DNA from: Octopus vulgaris
Lineage: Eukaryota
Reading direction: 5' to 3'
Length of the DNA: 64,000 nt
NCBI GenBank assembly: GCA_951406725.2
Contig: OX597816.1
Coordinates: forward strand, 173,538,001 to 173,602,000
Each line of letters starts with the position of its first letter. Position 1 is the stretch's first letter. The notes under the pieces are model-generated. The model ran no database searches and had not been told where the DNA came from. It worked only from the letters and a program-made list of their open reading frames with translations. A program made the position numbers and the translations under genes. Below, piece after piece: positions 1-11,967 of this stretch.

Positions 1-460
1 TGTATGTGTGGATACATATATGTGTGAGTGTGTGTATGTATCTGTGCATCAATAAATATGTATGCATGTGTGTTATGTATGTTTATACAAATATATATGT
101 TTGTGTGTGTTCTCAGTACCCCCTTATTTATCATAGTCCTCTAGGCCACAAAAGAGTAATTTAAGACAGGTTGCCCTTAGGAGGTTCTCTATACTATAAT
201 CACTGCCAGAACTAGAGGAGAAATTTCAAGTGTGAAAGCCATGCCTGGAAGCAAAGAGCCTTAGAGTTAATTTGGCAAAGATCAAAGTCCCTAGTAAGTA
301 GGAAAACAGACAAATCACTGATCCCTTTAGGGAGATTGCTCTGCTTGATATGTGTGTATGTAGGAACTCCATATGGTGTACCCAGTGCAAGTCATGGACA
401 TATAAGAGGTGCAACAAGTATCACAGAAAGGTTAAAAGAGGCAGTAGTCTTTGTGTGTAG

Positions 461-555
461 CAGGTGTGCAGGTGTACAGGTGTGCAGGTGTACAGGTGTG
501 CAGGTGTACAGGTGTGCAGGTGTACAGGTGTGCAGGTGTACAGGTGTGCAGGTGC
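461..555. repeat. 8-bp minisatellite (CAGGTGTR)n expanded inside the RTE ORF
   Basis: About 12 tandem caggtgtg/caggtgta units. Confidence 0.95.
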
Positions 556-635
556 ATTAAACACTAGGAATGTACAGAAAATGAACTCCTTCAATTGTTG
601 GGGAGGAAGGAATCCTTAGAAGTAGTAGACAGTTT

Positions 636-801
636 AGGCGCAGGAGTGGCTGTGTGGTAAGTAGCTTGCTAACCAACCACATGGTTCCGGGTTCAGTCCC
701 ACTGTGTGGCATCTTAGGCAAGTGTCTTCTGCTATAGCCCCGGGCCGACCAATGCCTTGTGAGTGGATTTGGTAGACGGAAACTGAAAGAAGCCCGTCGT
801 A

Positions 802-852
<51 letters not shown>

Positions 853-1069
853 ATATGTCTGTGTTTGTCCCCCTAGCATTGCTTGACAACCGATGCTGGT
901 GTGTTTACGTCCCCGTCACTTAGCAGTTCGGCAAAAGAGACCGATAGAATAAGTACTGGGCTTACAAAGTATAAGTCCCGGGGTCGATTTGCTCGACTAA
1001 AGGCAGTGCTCCAGCATGGCCGCAGTCAAATGACTGAAACAAGAAAAAGAGTAAAAGAGAGAGAAAGAG
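636..1069 (+). mobile_element. tRNA-derived SINE family A (octopus OK/OR-type), full length
   Basis: A box TGGCTGTGTGG, B box GGTTCAGTCCC, internal (TA)n(TG)n, (GTAAAAGA)-type tail; more than 10 near-identical copies in the window. Confidence 0.93.
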
Positions 1070-2204
1070 TTTCCATTACTTAGACAACCAAGTTAGCAGT
1101 GGAGGAGTTAATTCTGAAAGCACAGTTGCTAGAATAAGAAGAAGCTAGGCAAAGTTCAGGGATCTAGTGCCTTTCTTTGTAACAAAAGGCCTCTCTCTCT
1201 GAGTGAAAGGAAGATTGTATAATGCCTATGTACAAACAGTTATGCTACACAGCAGTGAGACATGGGCTGTGACCAATGAGGACACGTGAAGGCTTGAAAG
1301 AAATGAAGTCAGCATGCTCCACTGGATGGGTAATGTCAGTGTACATGTACAACAAAGAGTAAGTGATTAGAGAGAAAAATGGGGTATACAAGGAATCAGA
1401 AGTAGTGTGCAAGATAGAAGACCCAGCTGGTACGGTCATGTGATGTGTATGGGTGAGGAAAGGTGCATCAAGAAGTACTGATCTCTGACTACAGACGAGA
1501 CAGGTGAAAGAGTAGACCCAAGATTTAGGACAAACTGGTGAGAAAACATCTTCAGATGTTGGGCCTCACAGAGGAGATGACAAGGAACTGAGATTGCTAG
1601 CAGTTTGCTGTAGTTGAGGAGACATGTCAAGCTAAGTAAAATCATGGTCATCCATCCATACAAGCATATCCTCTACATCCTTATATCAGCTGAAACATTC
1701 TACACTTGTGAGCTGATAGATGCTGGAGCCATGTAAGATCACTCATATTGATGCTATATAAAAGCACTTGTGCCAACATCACATTAAAGCATCTGTAAAG
1801 TGTTACATTAAAAACTCTGTAAAGTAGTTGGCATTAGAAAGAGCATCCAGCCATAGAAACCATGCCAAAACAGATAAATGGAGCCCAGGTTGCTCTCCAG
1901 TTGCCCACTTCCTGGCAAACCATCCAACCCATGTCAACATGGAGAGCAGACATTAAATGATGATGATGGAGATATATATATATATTCATGTCATCACCAT
2001 CATTTAACATTTATGTGCCATAGTGTTACGATATGTTTATGCATGTGTGTATGTTATGCACACACACATACGATTATTGCTTTTTAATCTCAACTTCTAT
2101 TTCTGTAAAGAATAGTTCCCAACATGACTAAAACCACTTTCATCATTGTTTCATATCTGTATACACACACACACACACACACACATTCACAGGTATGCAT
2201 ACAA

Positions 2205-2400
2205 AATCACTGTTTTGCATGCTACCATGAGCTGGATGGTTCCACAAGATCCAACAAGCTGCAGGACAGCATCAAACCCCAAGACCTGCTTTGGCATAGA
2301 TTCTACAGCTGGATGTCCCCCCACTAGTGCCAACCACTTACAGAGTGTACAGGATGCTTTTTCATGGTACCAACACTAATGAGGTCATCTATTAGTGGGG
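2205..2400 (-). mobile_element. Old RTE-type 3' end fragment
   Basis: ttctacagctggatg...gccaaccac motif shared with the RTE 3' ends. Confidence 0.6.
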
Positions 2401-2836
2401 AGGCGGGGTATAAAAGAGAGGGAGTTGGCTTTATGCCAAGTGAAGACAGACAAACATGATATAAGAGAGAGAAACAGATACATTGCTTTAGAGGAGATAT
2501 ATGGCTGTGCTTGCTGGAAGGAGAGGAAATGCTGGTGGTGATAAGGTTTCAAGGTGTACCTGCAAAGTGTAAGAAGATGACTTTAAGAAGAGAATAGAGA
2601 CAGAGGATCAAAGAGTTTGTGAGAGTGTGAAAGAAGATTGACAGGTGCTAAAATATGAAGATAAAGGTGAATGTAGTGAATGGTGAACAAAGGTGGAAAA
2701 AATGAGAAGGTTAAGGGAACAGTGTAGAAAGAAGCTGAGGGTCCAATTACTAGAGCAAGGAGTAGCAGCTTAGAAGAAGAGAAAATATGAAAGAAAGAGA
2801 ATGTAATGAGTATTTACAAGAGATGAGAGAAAGAGC

Positions 2837-3249
2837 TTACTCTTTTACTCTTTTACTTGTTTCAGTCACTTGACTGCGGCCATGCTGGAGCACTGCCTTT
2901 AGTCGAGCAAATCGACCTCGGGACTTATTCTTTGTAAGCCCAGTACTTATTCTATCGGTCTCTTTTGCCTAACCGCTAAGTGACGGGGACGTAAACACAC
3001 CAGCATCGGTTGTCAAGCAATGCTAGGGGGACAAACACAAACACACACATACATATATATAAATATATATATATACACATATATACGACAGGCTTCTTTC
3101 AGTTTCCGTCTACCAAATCCACTCACAAGGCATTGGTCGGCCCGGGGCTATAGCAGAAGACACTTGCCCAAGATGCCACGCAGTGGGACTGAACCCGGAA
3201 CCATGTGGTTGGTTAGCAAGCTACTTACCACACAGCCACTCCTGCGCCT
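2837..3249 (-). mobile_element. SINE family A, full length
   Basis: Reverse complement of 636-1069. Confidence 0.93.
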
Positions 3250-3496
3250 ATAATATAGAATAAAAAATAAAAATGAACAAGGACATCAAGAAACCTGGAG
3301 ACATACAGTTGACTGTTACAACATTTGTAGCATGAATATTGTATGTAACCATCGTGAAGCTCTTAGATTTATAAATGAACTTCTGAATTCTTGCCAGAAT
3401 GGAAAAGTTATGATTCCTCAACTACAGCCTTAATCAGGACTGAGAAGACTTTTTTTTAAAGGAAAATAATGCAAAATCAGTCACTTTCTGTAAAAA

Positions 3497-3700
3497 TATT
3501 GGTTTCAAATTTTGGCACAAGGCCAGCAGTTTTGGGGAGAGCAGGTAAGTCAATGACATCAACTCCAGTGTTCATCTGGTACTTGTTTTATCAAACCTGG
3601 AAGGATGATAGGCAAAGTCAACCCCAGAAGAATTTGAACTTACAACATAAAGGCAGACGAAATACTGCTAAGTATTTTGTGTGGCTAGTTCATCACCTTC
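3497..3700 (-). mobile_element. Old SINE family D-related copy
   Basis: aaggcaaagtcaacc..gaatttgaact motif shared with 55999-56229. Confidence 0.65.
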
Positions 3701-3832
3701 TTTCAGTAAAAATATTAAGAACTATAATTGCGTCTTTTCTTTTGCTTCCTTTGGAGTAAATTTAAGTACCCACGAAAGACAGGGTCCTCATTGTTTCATA
3801 GCTCATGGACAAATTTCCATACATTTATAACT

Positions 3833-4418
3833 CAACTGGCCTCCGTGCTGGTGGCATGTAACAAACACCATCCAATCGTGGCTGTGCCAGCCTCACCTGG
3901 CCTCCATGCCGGTGGCACGTAAAAAACACCATCCGAGCGTGGCCGTTCGCCAGCCTCGTCTGGCACCTGTGTCCATGGCACATAAAAAAAACACCATCCA
4001 AGCGTGGCCGTTCGCCAGCCTTGTCTGGCACCTGTGTCCGTGGCACATAAAAAAAACACCATCCAATCGTGGCTGTGCCAGCCTCACCTGGCCTCCATGC
4101 CGGTGGCACGTAAAAAACACCATCCGAGCGTGGCCGTTCGCCAGCCTCGTCTGGCACCTGTGTCCGTGGCACATAAAAAAAACACCATCCAAGCGTGGCC
4201 GTTCGCCAGCCTTGTCTGGCACCTGTGTCGGTGGCACATAAAAAGCACCCACTACACTCACGGAGTGGTTGGCGTTAGGAAGAGCATCCAGCTGTAGAAA
4301 CACTGCCAGATCAGACTGGACCTGATGCAGCCTTCGGGCTTCCCAGACCCCAGTTGAACCGTCCAACCCATGCTAGCATGGAAAGTGGACACTAAATGAT
4401 GATGATGATGATGATGAT
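3833..4418 (+). mobile_element. RTE 3' UTR-only insertion with tandem repeat array and (GAT)n tail
   Basis: About 7 gtggcacrtaaaaa(a)cacc cores, conserved 3' block ggttggcgttaggaagagcatccagctgtagaaac, gatgatgat tail. Confidence 0.9.
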
Positions 4419-4853
4419 CTTGAAATCAAAACTCACAATACAATATGGTCAGTTAGACGTAATAGATGCTAATGAAGCATTGCAACCTGGGATGGAAGTT
4501 GAAGACTGTTTACTTCTTGACATAAAGTGGAAAATAATTACAATTTACAAAGTATAAGAAGTAAGAACATGACTTCTATAGATGTTCTCTGCCGAAAATG
4601 CAACTTCACTGCTGTCTATTTGGACTTTTACATCATCTGAAGAAGCAGATACTTCAGAAAAATACACAATTCTATCTTACAATTTTCAAAAAAACTGTAG
4701 AATTTCCATGGCTACTACTACTGCAATTGATCTGTCTTTAAACATGTTTGTTTCGTTTCAAGTTGTTCTATCAATGATTGAAGACTCGTGGAACAATTTT
4801 ACCGAATTTTTTTAGAACTCGTTTATGCAAAGTATATCTATATGTGTGATATT

Positions 4854-4889
<36 letters not shown>

Positions 4890-4987
4890 TAATTCTCGTA
4901 AATGGTTGATTAGATATAAATAAATTCACTGACTGTTTTTGTTTATTGTTTTTTTATATATATATATACAGTTTATGATTGTGTGTG

Positions 4988-5070
4988 TGAGAGAGAGAGT
5001 AAGAGAGAGAGAGAGGGAGAGAGAGAGAGAGAGAAAGAGGGAGAGAGAGGGAGAGAGAGGGAAAGGGAGA

Positions 5071-5104
<34 letters not shown>
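4988..5104. repeat. (GA)n microsatellite
   Basis: Direct observation. Confidence 0.95.
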
Positions 5105-5107
<3 letters not shown>

Positions 5108-5209
5108 AAATCACACATACATATGTAATATGTAAATATACATAAAACACAAGTTTGGATTTACCCATTGTATTCTTACTGGTGCTGCAGTTGGCCAATC
5201 TTCTGCCAT

Positions 5210-5219
5210 TCACACAACA
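5210..5219 (-). CDS. Candidate terminal coding exon of the host gene (..R-V-V-stop)
   Basis: Acceptor ttttttcccag|TGTTGTGTGA; phase fits the CG| end of exon 10874-10956. Very short, so weak support. Confidence 0.3.
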
Positions 5220-5361
5220 CTGGGAAAAAATTTTTTTCCCTTTGTGCTTAATGTTGAATTGTGTGTTGATGTTTGTGTGTATACTGGTCTGTGTGTAAGT
5301 CTCTCACAATAACCACAATAGATGTTTGCTAAGGTTGCACATAATGAAATTACTAACAAAT

Positions 5362-5447
5362 GATTATTATTTTTATTGTTGTTGTCATTTTTATTTTTAC
5401 TATCAGTGCTGGTATTATAATTATTATTACAATCACCATTATTATTA

Positions 5448-5490
<43 letters not shown>

Positions 5491-5675
5491 TATTATTATT
5501 ATTATTACTATTATTATCATCATCATCATCATCATTATTATTATTATTATTATTACAATCACCATTATTATTATTATTATCATTATTATTATTATTATTA
5601 TTACTATTATTATCATCATCATCATTATTATTATAATTATTATTACAATCACCATTATTATTATCATTATTATTA

Positions 5676-5715
<40 letters not shown>

Positions 5716-5975
5716 TATTATTATTATTATTACTATTATTATCATCATCATCATCATCATTATTATTATTATTATTATTACAATCACCATTATTATTATT
5801 ATTATCATTATTATTATTATTATTATTACTATTATTATCATCATCATCATTATTATTATTATTATTATTATTATTACAATCACCATCATTATTATTATTA
5901 TTATTTTTATTATTATAATTATTATTACAATCACCATTATTATTATTACTATTATTATCATCATCATCATCATCA

Positions 5976-6012
<37 letters not shown>

Positions 6013-6076
6013 AATCACCATCATTATTATTATTTTTATTATTATTATTTTTATTATTATTATTATTATTATTATT
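5362..6076. repeat. Compound (TAT/CAT)n trinucleotide array with higher-order periodicity
   Basis: Recurrent tacaatcaccat landmarks inside (TAT)n. Confidence 0.97.
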
Positions 6077-6104
6077 GCTTTGTGCCTATGTTAGAAATCA
6101 GCAG

Positions 6105-6152
6105 TGGTGGTGGTGGTGGTGGTGGTGGTGGTGGTGGTGGTGGTGGTGGTGG
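6105..6152. repeat. (GGT)n microsatellite
   Basis: Direct observation. Confidence 0.95.
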
Positions 6153-6363
6153 GAACTAGTAATAATATCGGTATTATTATAACCTGTTGCTGCCACCCAC
6201 CACCACCTTTGTTTTGTTCCACAACTTACTTCTTGTTGTACTAGAACCAATTTCTAATTCCTGGGGAACCATTGTTGTGTAAATATTTGTAAGAGCCTAT
6301 TTATCTCATATATACCTGTGTGAATGTGTGTGCATGTGTATATTTCTATTTATACATAACATA

Positions 6364-6399
<36 letters not shown>

Positions 6400-6590
6400 C
6401 ATGTATGTAAATATGAAAAGTTCCTCAAGTCAATATCTTTGTCTGCAAGCAGCTTTCTCTCTGTCTCTCTCTCTCTCTCCCACACACACACACACACATA
6501 TATACATGCTTTGTGTATGCTGTTTCTTGTTCTTGAATTGTAACTACAAGAAGTGGTTCTAAAGAACTTAACAGGTCCTGAAGTTTTAAC

Positions 6591-7286
6591 CATGATGAAG
6601 TATGTGTAATGATAGTACAAAGTGCACATAGATCTCTGAATATATATAAATGAATGAATGTTTGGTTCAACTCTTTTGCTAATCATTTGAAAGGGTTAAT
6701 ATTACAGGATTGTTATTTTGCAAAATTTGCTTTGACAAATATTCTTTAAAATCAGAAACTCAGAATAATGACAAGTTCTTTGTCACAGCCTTAGGTTAAA
6801 AGAAGCAATTTTGTGTCATGGAGGCACAATGGCCCAGTGGTTAGGGCTTCGGACTCGCGGTCATAGGATCGCGGTTTCGATTCCCAGACCGGGCGTTGTG
6901 AGTGTTTATTGAGCGAAAACACCTAAAAGCTCCACGAGGCTCCGGCAGGGATGGTGGTGATCCCTGCTGTACTCTTTCACCACTACTTTCTCTCACTCTT
7001 ACTTCCTGTTTCTGTTGTACCTGTATTTCAAAGGGCCGGCCTTGTCACTCTCTGTGTCATGATGAAGTATGTGTAATGATAGTACAAAGTGCACATAGAT
7101 CTCTGAATATATATAAATGAATGAATGTTTGGTTCAACTCTTTTGCTAATCATTTGAAAGGGTTAATATTACAGGATTGTTATTTTGCAAAATTTGCTTT
7201 GACAAATATTCTTTAAAATCAGAAACTCAGAATAATGACAAGTTCTTTGTCACAGCCTTAGGTTCAAAGAAGCATATTTGTGTCAT
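6591..7286 (+). repeat. 229-bp direct duplication (6591-6819 and 7058-7286) flanking a truncated SINE
   Basis: The two blocks catgatgaag...tttgtgtcat are nearly identical. Confidence 0.95.
6819..7059 (+). mobile_element. tRNA-derived SINE family C, 3'-truncated
   Basis: A box TGGCCCAGTGG, B-box-like GTTTCGATTCC; matches the 5' two-thirds of 17752-18135. Confidence 0.9.
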
Positions 7287-8046
7287 ATTTGTTTGTATGT
7301 ACCTTGTATCATAGACATACACAATCACGTGATTTCCATATTGTTGATACTTCAGTATGAATAATGAATACTTTTACAGCCTACACTGGTAAAGTTGAAA
7401 GTTTACTTTCACATTCGCTTTTTGTTTCATTTATGAGACAGAACCTTTTTTTAGTGTATTTTATGTAGAAATTATAATAAATTTGACCAAACACTGCAAT
7501 ATTAAAGAAAAGTCAATGCATGTTATATATATGAATGTTTATTACAAACAAATAAACACAATTTTGTGCGTGTGAACTTGTCTCTTGACAGAGCTACAGT
7601 ACTGAGATCAAGCAAAGGCAAGATTGGGTGGCTAGCATCTAGAATATTATTAGATGCTCACAGATCTCAACGTCAGGCAATGTGGTCCATGGTATGTAAA
7701 GCCTTGCATTTTGTAAAGGGTTAGTGGTGGGCAAGAACAATGATAATCTCAAAGTGAGTTTAGGTATTGACAAAACCAACTGAACATTCTATTCAAGAAG
7801 ATTTTCAACTTGGGTACTAAAAACAAATTCCAGAAATCCTTAGCCTGTCAGAACTACACAGGAAAGAGTGGGGATCATTGCAAATCTGAGAAGCTCTAAC
7901 GGCATGGAAGTGCTGCCAGCCAAGCCTGTCTGAGATACGTGCAAAATAATGAAACCAATCTGTATACATTCATTCAATGTCCAATCACAATTGACGAAGT
8001 AAAGTTATGTAGAACGGCTGTTGTTGCATATAGAACAAATCCAGAT

Positions 8047-8315
8047 CTTTCTCTCTCCCCTCTCTTTCTCCCTCTCTCTCTCTTTCCTCTCCTCTCTTCC
8101 TTCTCTTTCTACCCTCTCTCTCTCTCTTTCCTCTCCTCTCTTCCTTCTCTTTCTACCCTCTCTCTCTTCCTTCTCTTTCTACCCTCTCTCTCTCCTTCCT
8201 ATCCTCTCTTCTTTCTCTTTCGACCCTCACTCTCTCTCTCCTTCCTCTCCTCTCTCCCTTCTCTTTCTACCCTCTCTCTCTCTCTTTCCTCTCCTCTCTC
8301 TCTCTCTACCCTCTC

Positions 8316-8364
<49 letters not shown>

Positions 8365-9493
8365 TCTTTCCTTCTCTTTCTACCCTCTCTCTCTTTCCTC
8401 TCCTCTCTTCCCTCTCTTTCTACCTTCTCTCTCTTCCTCTCCTCTCTTCCTTCTCTTTCTACCCTCTCTCTCTCCCTTCTCTTTCTACCCTCTCTCTCTC
8501 TCTTTCCTCTCCTCTCTTCCTTCTCTTTCTACCCTCTCTCTCTCTCTCCTTCTCTTTCTACCCTCTCTCTCTCTTCCTCTCCTCTCTTCTTTCTCTTTCT
8601 ACCCTCTCTCTCTCTCTTTCCTCTCCTCTCTTCCTTCTCTTTCTACCCTCTCTCTCTCTCTTTCCTCTCGTCTCTTCCTTCTCTTTCTACCCTCTCTCTC
8701 TCTTTCCTCTCCTCTCTTCCTTCTCTTTCTACCCTCTCTCTCTCTTTCCTCTCTCTCCCTTCTCTTTCTACCCTCTCTCTCTCTCTCTCTCTTTCCTCTC
8801 CTCTCTTCCTTCTCTTTCTACCCTCTCTCTCTCTCTTTCCTCTCCTCTCTTCCTTCTCTTTCTACCCTCTCTCTCTCTCTTTCCTCTCGTCTCTTCCTTC
8901 TCTTTCTACCCTCTCTCTCTCTCTTTCCTCTCCTCTCTTCCTTCTCTTTCTACCCTCTCTTTCTCCCTCTCTCCCTTCTCTTTCTACCCTCTCTCTCTCT
9001 CTCTCTCTTTCCTCTCCTCTCTTCCTTCTCTTTCTACCCTCTCTCTCTCTCTTTCCTCTCCTCTCTTCCTTCTCTTTCTACCCTCTCTCTCTCTCTCTCT
9101 TTCCTCTCCTCTCTTCCTTCTCTTTCTACCCTCTCTCTCTCTCTTTCCTCTCCTCTCTTCCTTCTCTTTCTACCCTCTCTCTCTCCTCTCTCCCTTCTCT
9201 TTCTACCCTCTCTCTCTCTTTCCTCTCCTCTCTTCCTTCTCTTTCTACCCTCTCTTTCTCCCTCTCTCCCTTCTCTTTCTACCCTCTCTCTCTCTCTTTC
9301 CTCTCCTCTCTTCCTTCTCTTTCTACCCTCTCTCTCTCTCTTTCCTCTCCTCTCTTCCTTCTCTTTCTACCCTCTCTCTCTCTCTTTCCTCTCGTCTCTT
9401 CCTTCTCTTTCTACCCTCTCTCTCTCTCTTTCCTCTCCTCTCTTCCTTCTCTTTCTACCCTCTCTTTCTCCCTCTCTCCCTTCTCTTTCTACC

Positions 9494-9526
<33 letters not shown>

Positions 9527-9919
9527 TCTCTCTCTCTTTCTCTCTCTCTCTTTCCTCTCCTCTCTTCCTTCTCTTTCTACCCTCTCTCTCTCTCTTTCCT
9601 CTCGTCTCTTCCTTCTCTTTCTACCCTCTCTCTCTCTCTTTCCTCTCCTCTCTTCCTTCTCTTTCTACCCTCTCTTTCTCCCTCTCTCCCTTCTCTTTCT
9701 ACCCTCTCTCTCTCTCTCTCTCTTTCCTCTCCTCTCTTCCTTCTCTTTCTACCCTCTCTCTCTCTCTCTTTCCTCTCGTCTCTTCCTTCTCTTTCTACCC
9801 TCTCTCTCTCTTCCTCTCCTCTCTTCCTTCTCTTTCTACCCTCTCTCTCTCTCTTTCCTCTCCTCTCTCCCTTCTCTTTCTAACCTCCCCTCTCTCTCTC
9901 TTTCTCTCTCTCTCTTTCC
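8047..9919. repeat. ~1.9-kb polypyrimidine minisatellite, unit about (CT)n-TTCCTCTCCTCTCTTCCTTCTCTTTCTACC
   Basis: Recurrent ttctacc anchor roughly every 25-50 bp; almost no purines on the + strand. Confidence 0.97.
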
Positions 9920-9974
9920 TACATGCATGTCTTAACTATAATTCTAGCAGTGAGCATTTGACAATCCCCATTCA

Positions 9975-10170
9975 AATACTGACTTCGTAAATATGATGGT
10001 AGTGAGACATGGTCACTGAATGCAGAGAATGCGCAAAGGTTGGAGAGAAATGAAGCCATCAAGCACCTCTTGATGTATAATGTTAATGGTACATGAGCCA
10101 AGAGATGAATTGGATGTAAAAAGAATCAGAAATAGTGTGCAAGAGAGATGACAGTGTTGTTATGGACATA
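9975..10170 (+). mobile_element. Old RTE LINE fragment
   Basis: Translates to ..GSETWSLNAENAQRLERNEA.., like the RTE C-terminus. Confidence 0.7.
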
Positions 10171-10177
10171 TAATATA

Positions 10178-10785
10178 CTAGCAGTATCGCCCGGCGTTGC
10201 TCGGGTTTGTAAAGGAAATAACTATATAAGCATTTTTAGAGATGTAAAGTATAATAGCCATCTCAATATGGCTAACCACAAAGGGGGGGGGGTGTTACTG
10301 TAGCTTTTTACGTTCTGAGATTTAATAATAAATTTTTAGAGAGTTACTTCCCTTATATATGCCAAAAATGCATTAAAAATGGGAAAAAATGATGGTAAAT
10401 TTTTTTTTTTAAATTGTAGACTCCTACGATTTAGATTCCTAACTACTCCCACATTTTGCGGTGCAGTTTAACCAAAACCGGGTGTCTTATAGTCGTGATT
10501 CATATCGAGCCCTTCTAGGTATTAGCGCGCGTCTACGATGAGTCTACGATTTTAAAAATAATTTACTATCATTTTTTTCCATTTTAATGCATTTTTTCGC
10601 TATTATATAAGGGAAGTTACTCTCTAAAAATGTCTACGATGAGTCAACGATTTTTAAAGAAATTTACCATAATTTTTTTTCCATTTTTAATGCATTTTTT
10701 TGCTATTTTTTGGCTATAACTCTCTAAAAATGCTTATATAGTTATTTCCCTTACAAACCCGAGCAACGCCGGGCGATACTGCTAG
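10178..10785. mobile_element. Non-autonomous Helitron, inverted fusion with two 3' ends
   Basis: Both ends read cccgagcaacgccggg hairpin + CTAG|T; internal sequence matches 57752-58151. Confidence 0.88.
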
Positions 10786-10873
10786 TTAGTCAAAAAAAAA
10801 AAGTCCCATATCTTAAAATTAATAAATTTCAATGTAACAACTATTAAACAGATTTAGGTGAGTAAATGCTTAC

Positions 10874-10956
10874 CGGTCTTCATTTCTTGAAATGGATTGA
10901 CGCAGCTTTATTATCTCTCGGTCAACCCTTCGTAGTTCTCCTTCAGTTTTCATAAG
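10874..10956 (-). CDS. Host gene exon, LMKTEGELRRVDREIIKLRQSISRNEDR (coiled-coil-like), product unknown
   Basis: Acceptor (t)n-acctcacacag, donor CG|gtaagc, 83-nt open frame, non-repetitive, in phase with exon 16225-16355. Confidence 0.75.
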
Positions 10957-11111
10957 CTGTGTGAGGTAAAAAAAAAAAAAAAAAAGGTTTCAGGGAGTGA
11001 GTGATGGTAATGATTTCTTTTGTAGTAGAACTGTTTTTAAATGGAAAGTCACCATGATTGCATTTTGACCAGTATATTACTGATACACACACCACAAATG
11101 TATAAAAGATT

Positions 11112-11503
11112 TTTTTTTTTTGAAGCACTCCGTTGGTTACGACGACGAGGGTTCCGGTTGATCCGAATCAACGGAACAGCCTGCTCGTGAAATTAACATG
11201 TAAGTGGCTGAGCACTCCACAGACACGTGTACCCTTAACATAGTTCTCGGGGATATTCAGCGTGACACAGAGAGTGACAAGGCCGGCCCCTTGAAATACA
11301 GTTACAACAGAAACAGGAAGTAAGAGTGAGAGAAAGTTGTGGTGAAAGAGTACAGCAGGGATCACCACCATCCCTGCCGGAGCCTCGTGGAGCTTTAGGT
11401 GTTTTTGCTCAATAAACACTCACAACGCCCGGTCTGGGAATCGAAACCGCGATCCTATGACCGCGAGTACGCTGCCCTAACCACTGGGCCATTCCGCCTC
11501 CAC
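11112..11503 (-). mobile_element. SINE family C, full length, with poly(A) tail
   Basis: Reverse complement of 17752-18135; target-site duplication gtataaaagatt at 11100-11111 and 11504-11515. Confidence 0.93.
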
Positions 11504-11923
11504 GTATAAAAGATTATTAAATAACACACAAGATAAATTGCTGAGCTCAAGAATGAATAAGGGTAGTATAAAATAATTCTTGATTTATTGAAACTATGTC
11601 TGTTTCTAGAGAGGATAGATTAGTTGCTTGCTACAAACTCCAAATGAGAAGGGTAGATAATCACAAGAATAAAGAATTTTCCAAAATAGACATGACATTG
11701 CTTACCCAGGCTATAAATGAATTCTACTCTTTTGTTGTATACATCTAAGAATCTTGTTTTCTAAAGATAAAGTAGGATAACTGTTTCAATAAATCAAGAA
11801 TCTATTTTATATACCCTCATTCATCTTTGAGCTCTGTTTCATTTCATTTGTGTATATATACATTTCATTTGTGTATATATACACAGAGAGACATATTATA
11901 CACACATATTCATGAGCATACAA

Positions 11924-11967
<44 letters not shown>

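Larger units (their letters stand above)
112..1968 (+). mobile_element. Decayed RTE-clade LINE 3' part (RT C-terminus and 3' UTR), interrupted by a minisatellite and a SINE
   Basis: Disabled translation FIIVL..FKTGCP, LEVVDSF, QVSSGGG, LSLRVKGRLY matches the less-decayed copy at 14268-16117; ends in a (TGA)n tail. Confidence 0.85.

Noticed and set aside
636-710. tRNA genes at SINE heads (also 17752 and 30492)
   Set aside because: A/B boxes are present but there is no complete cloverleaf; each continues into a SINE body with a tail or target-site duplication
557-889. Recurrent MSSNARG/MLGGQTQ ORFs at many loci
   Set aside because: Antisense translations of SINE family A copies, not a gene family
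5326-6159. Poly-Tyr/His and poly-Ile ORFs
   Set aside because: Translation of (TAT/CAT)n microsatellite
7939-9990. 683-aa and 620-aa Leu/Ser/Pro/Phe ORFs
   Set aside because: Stop-free translation of a CT minisatellite
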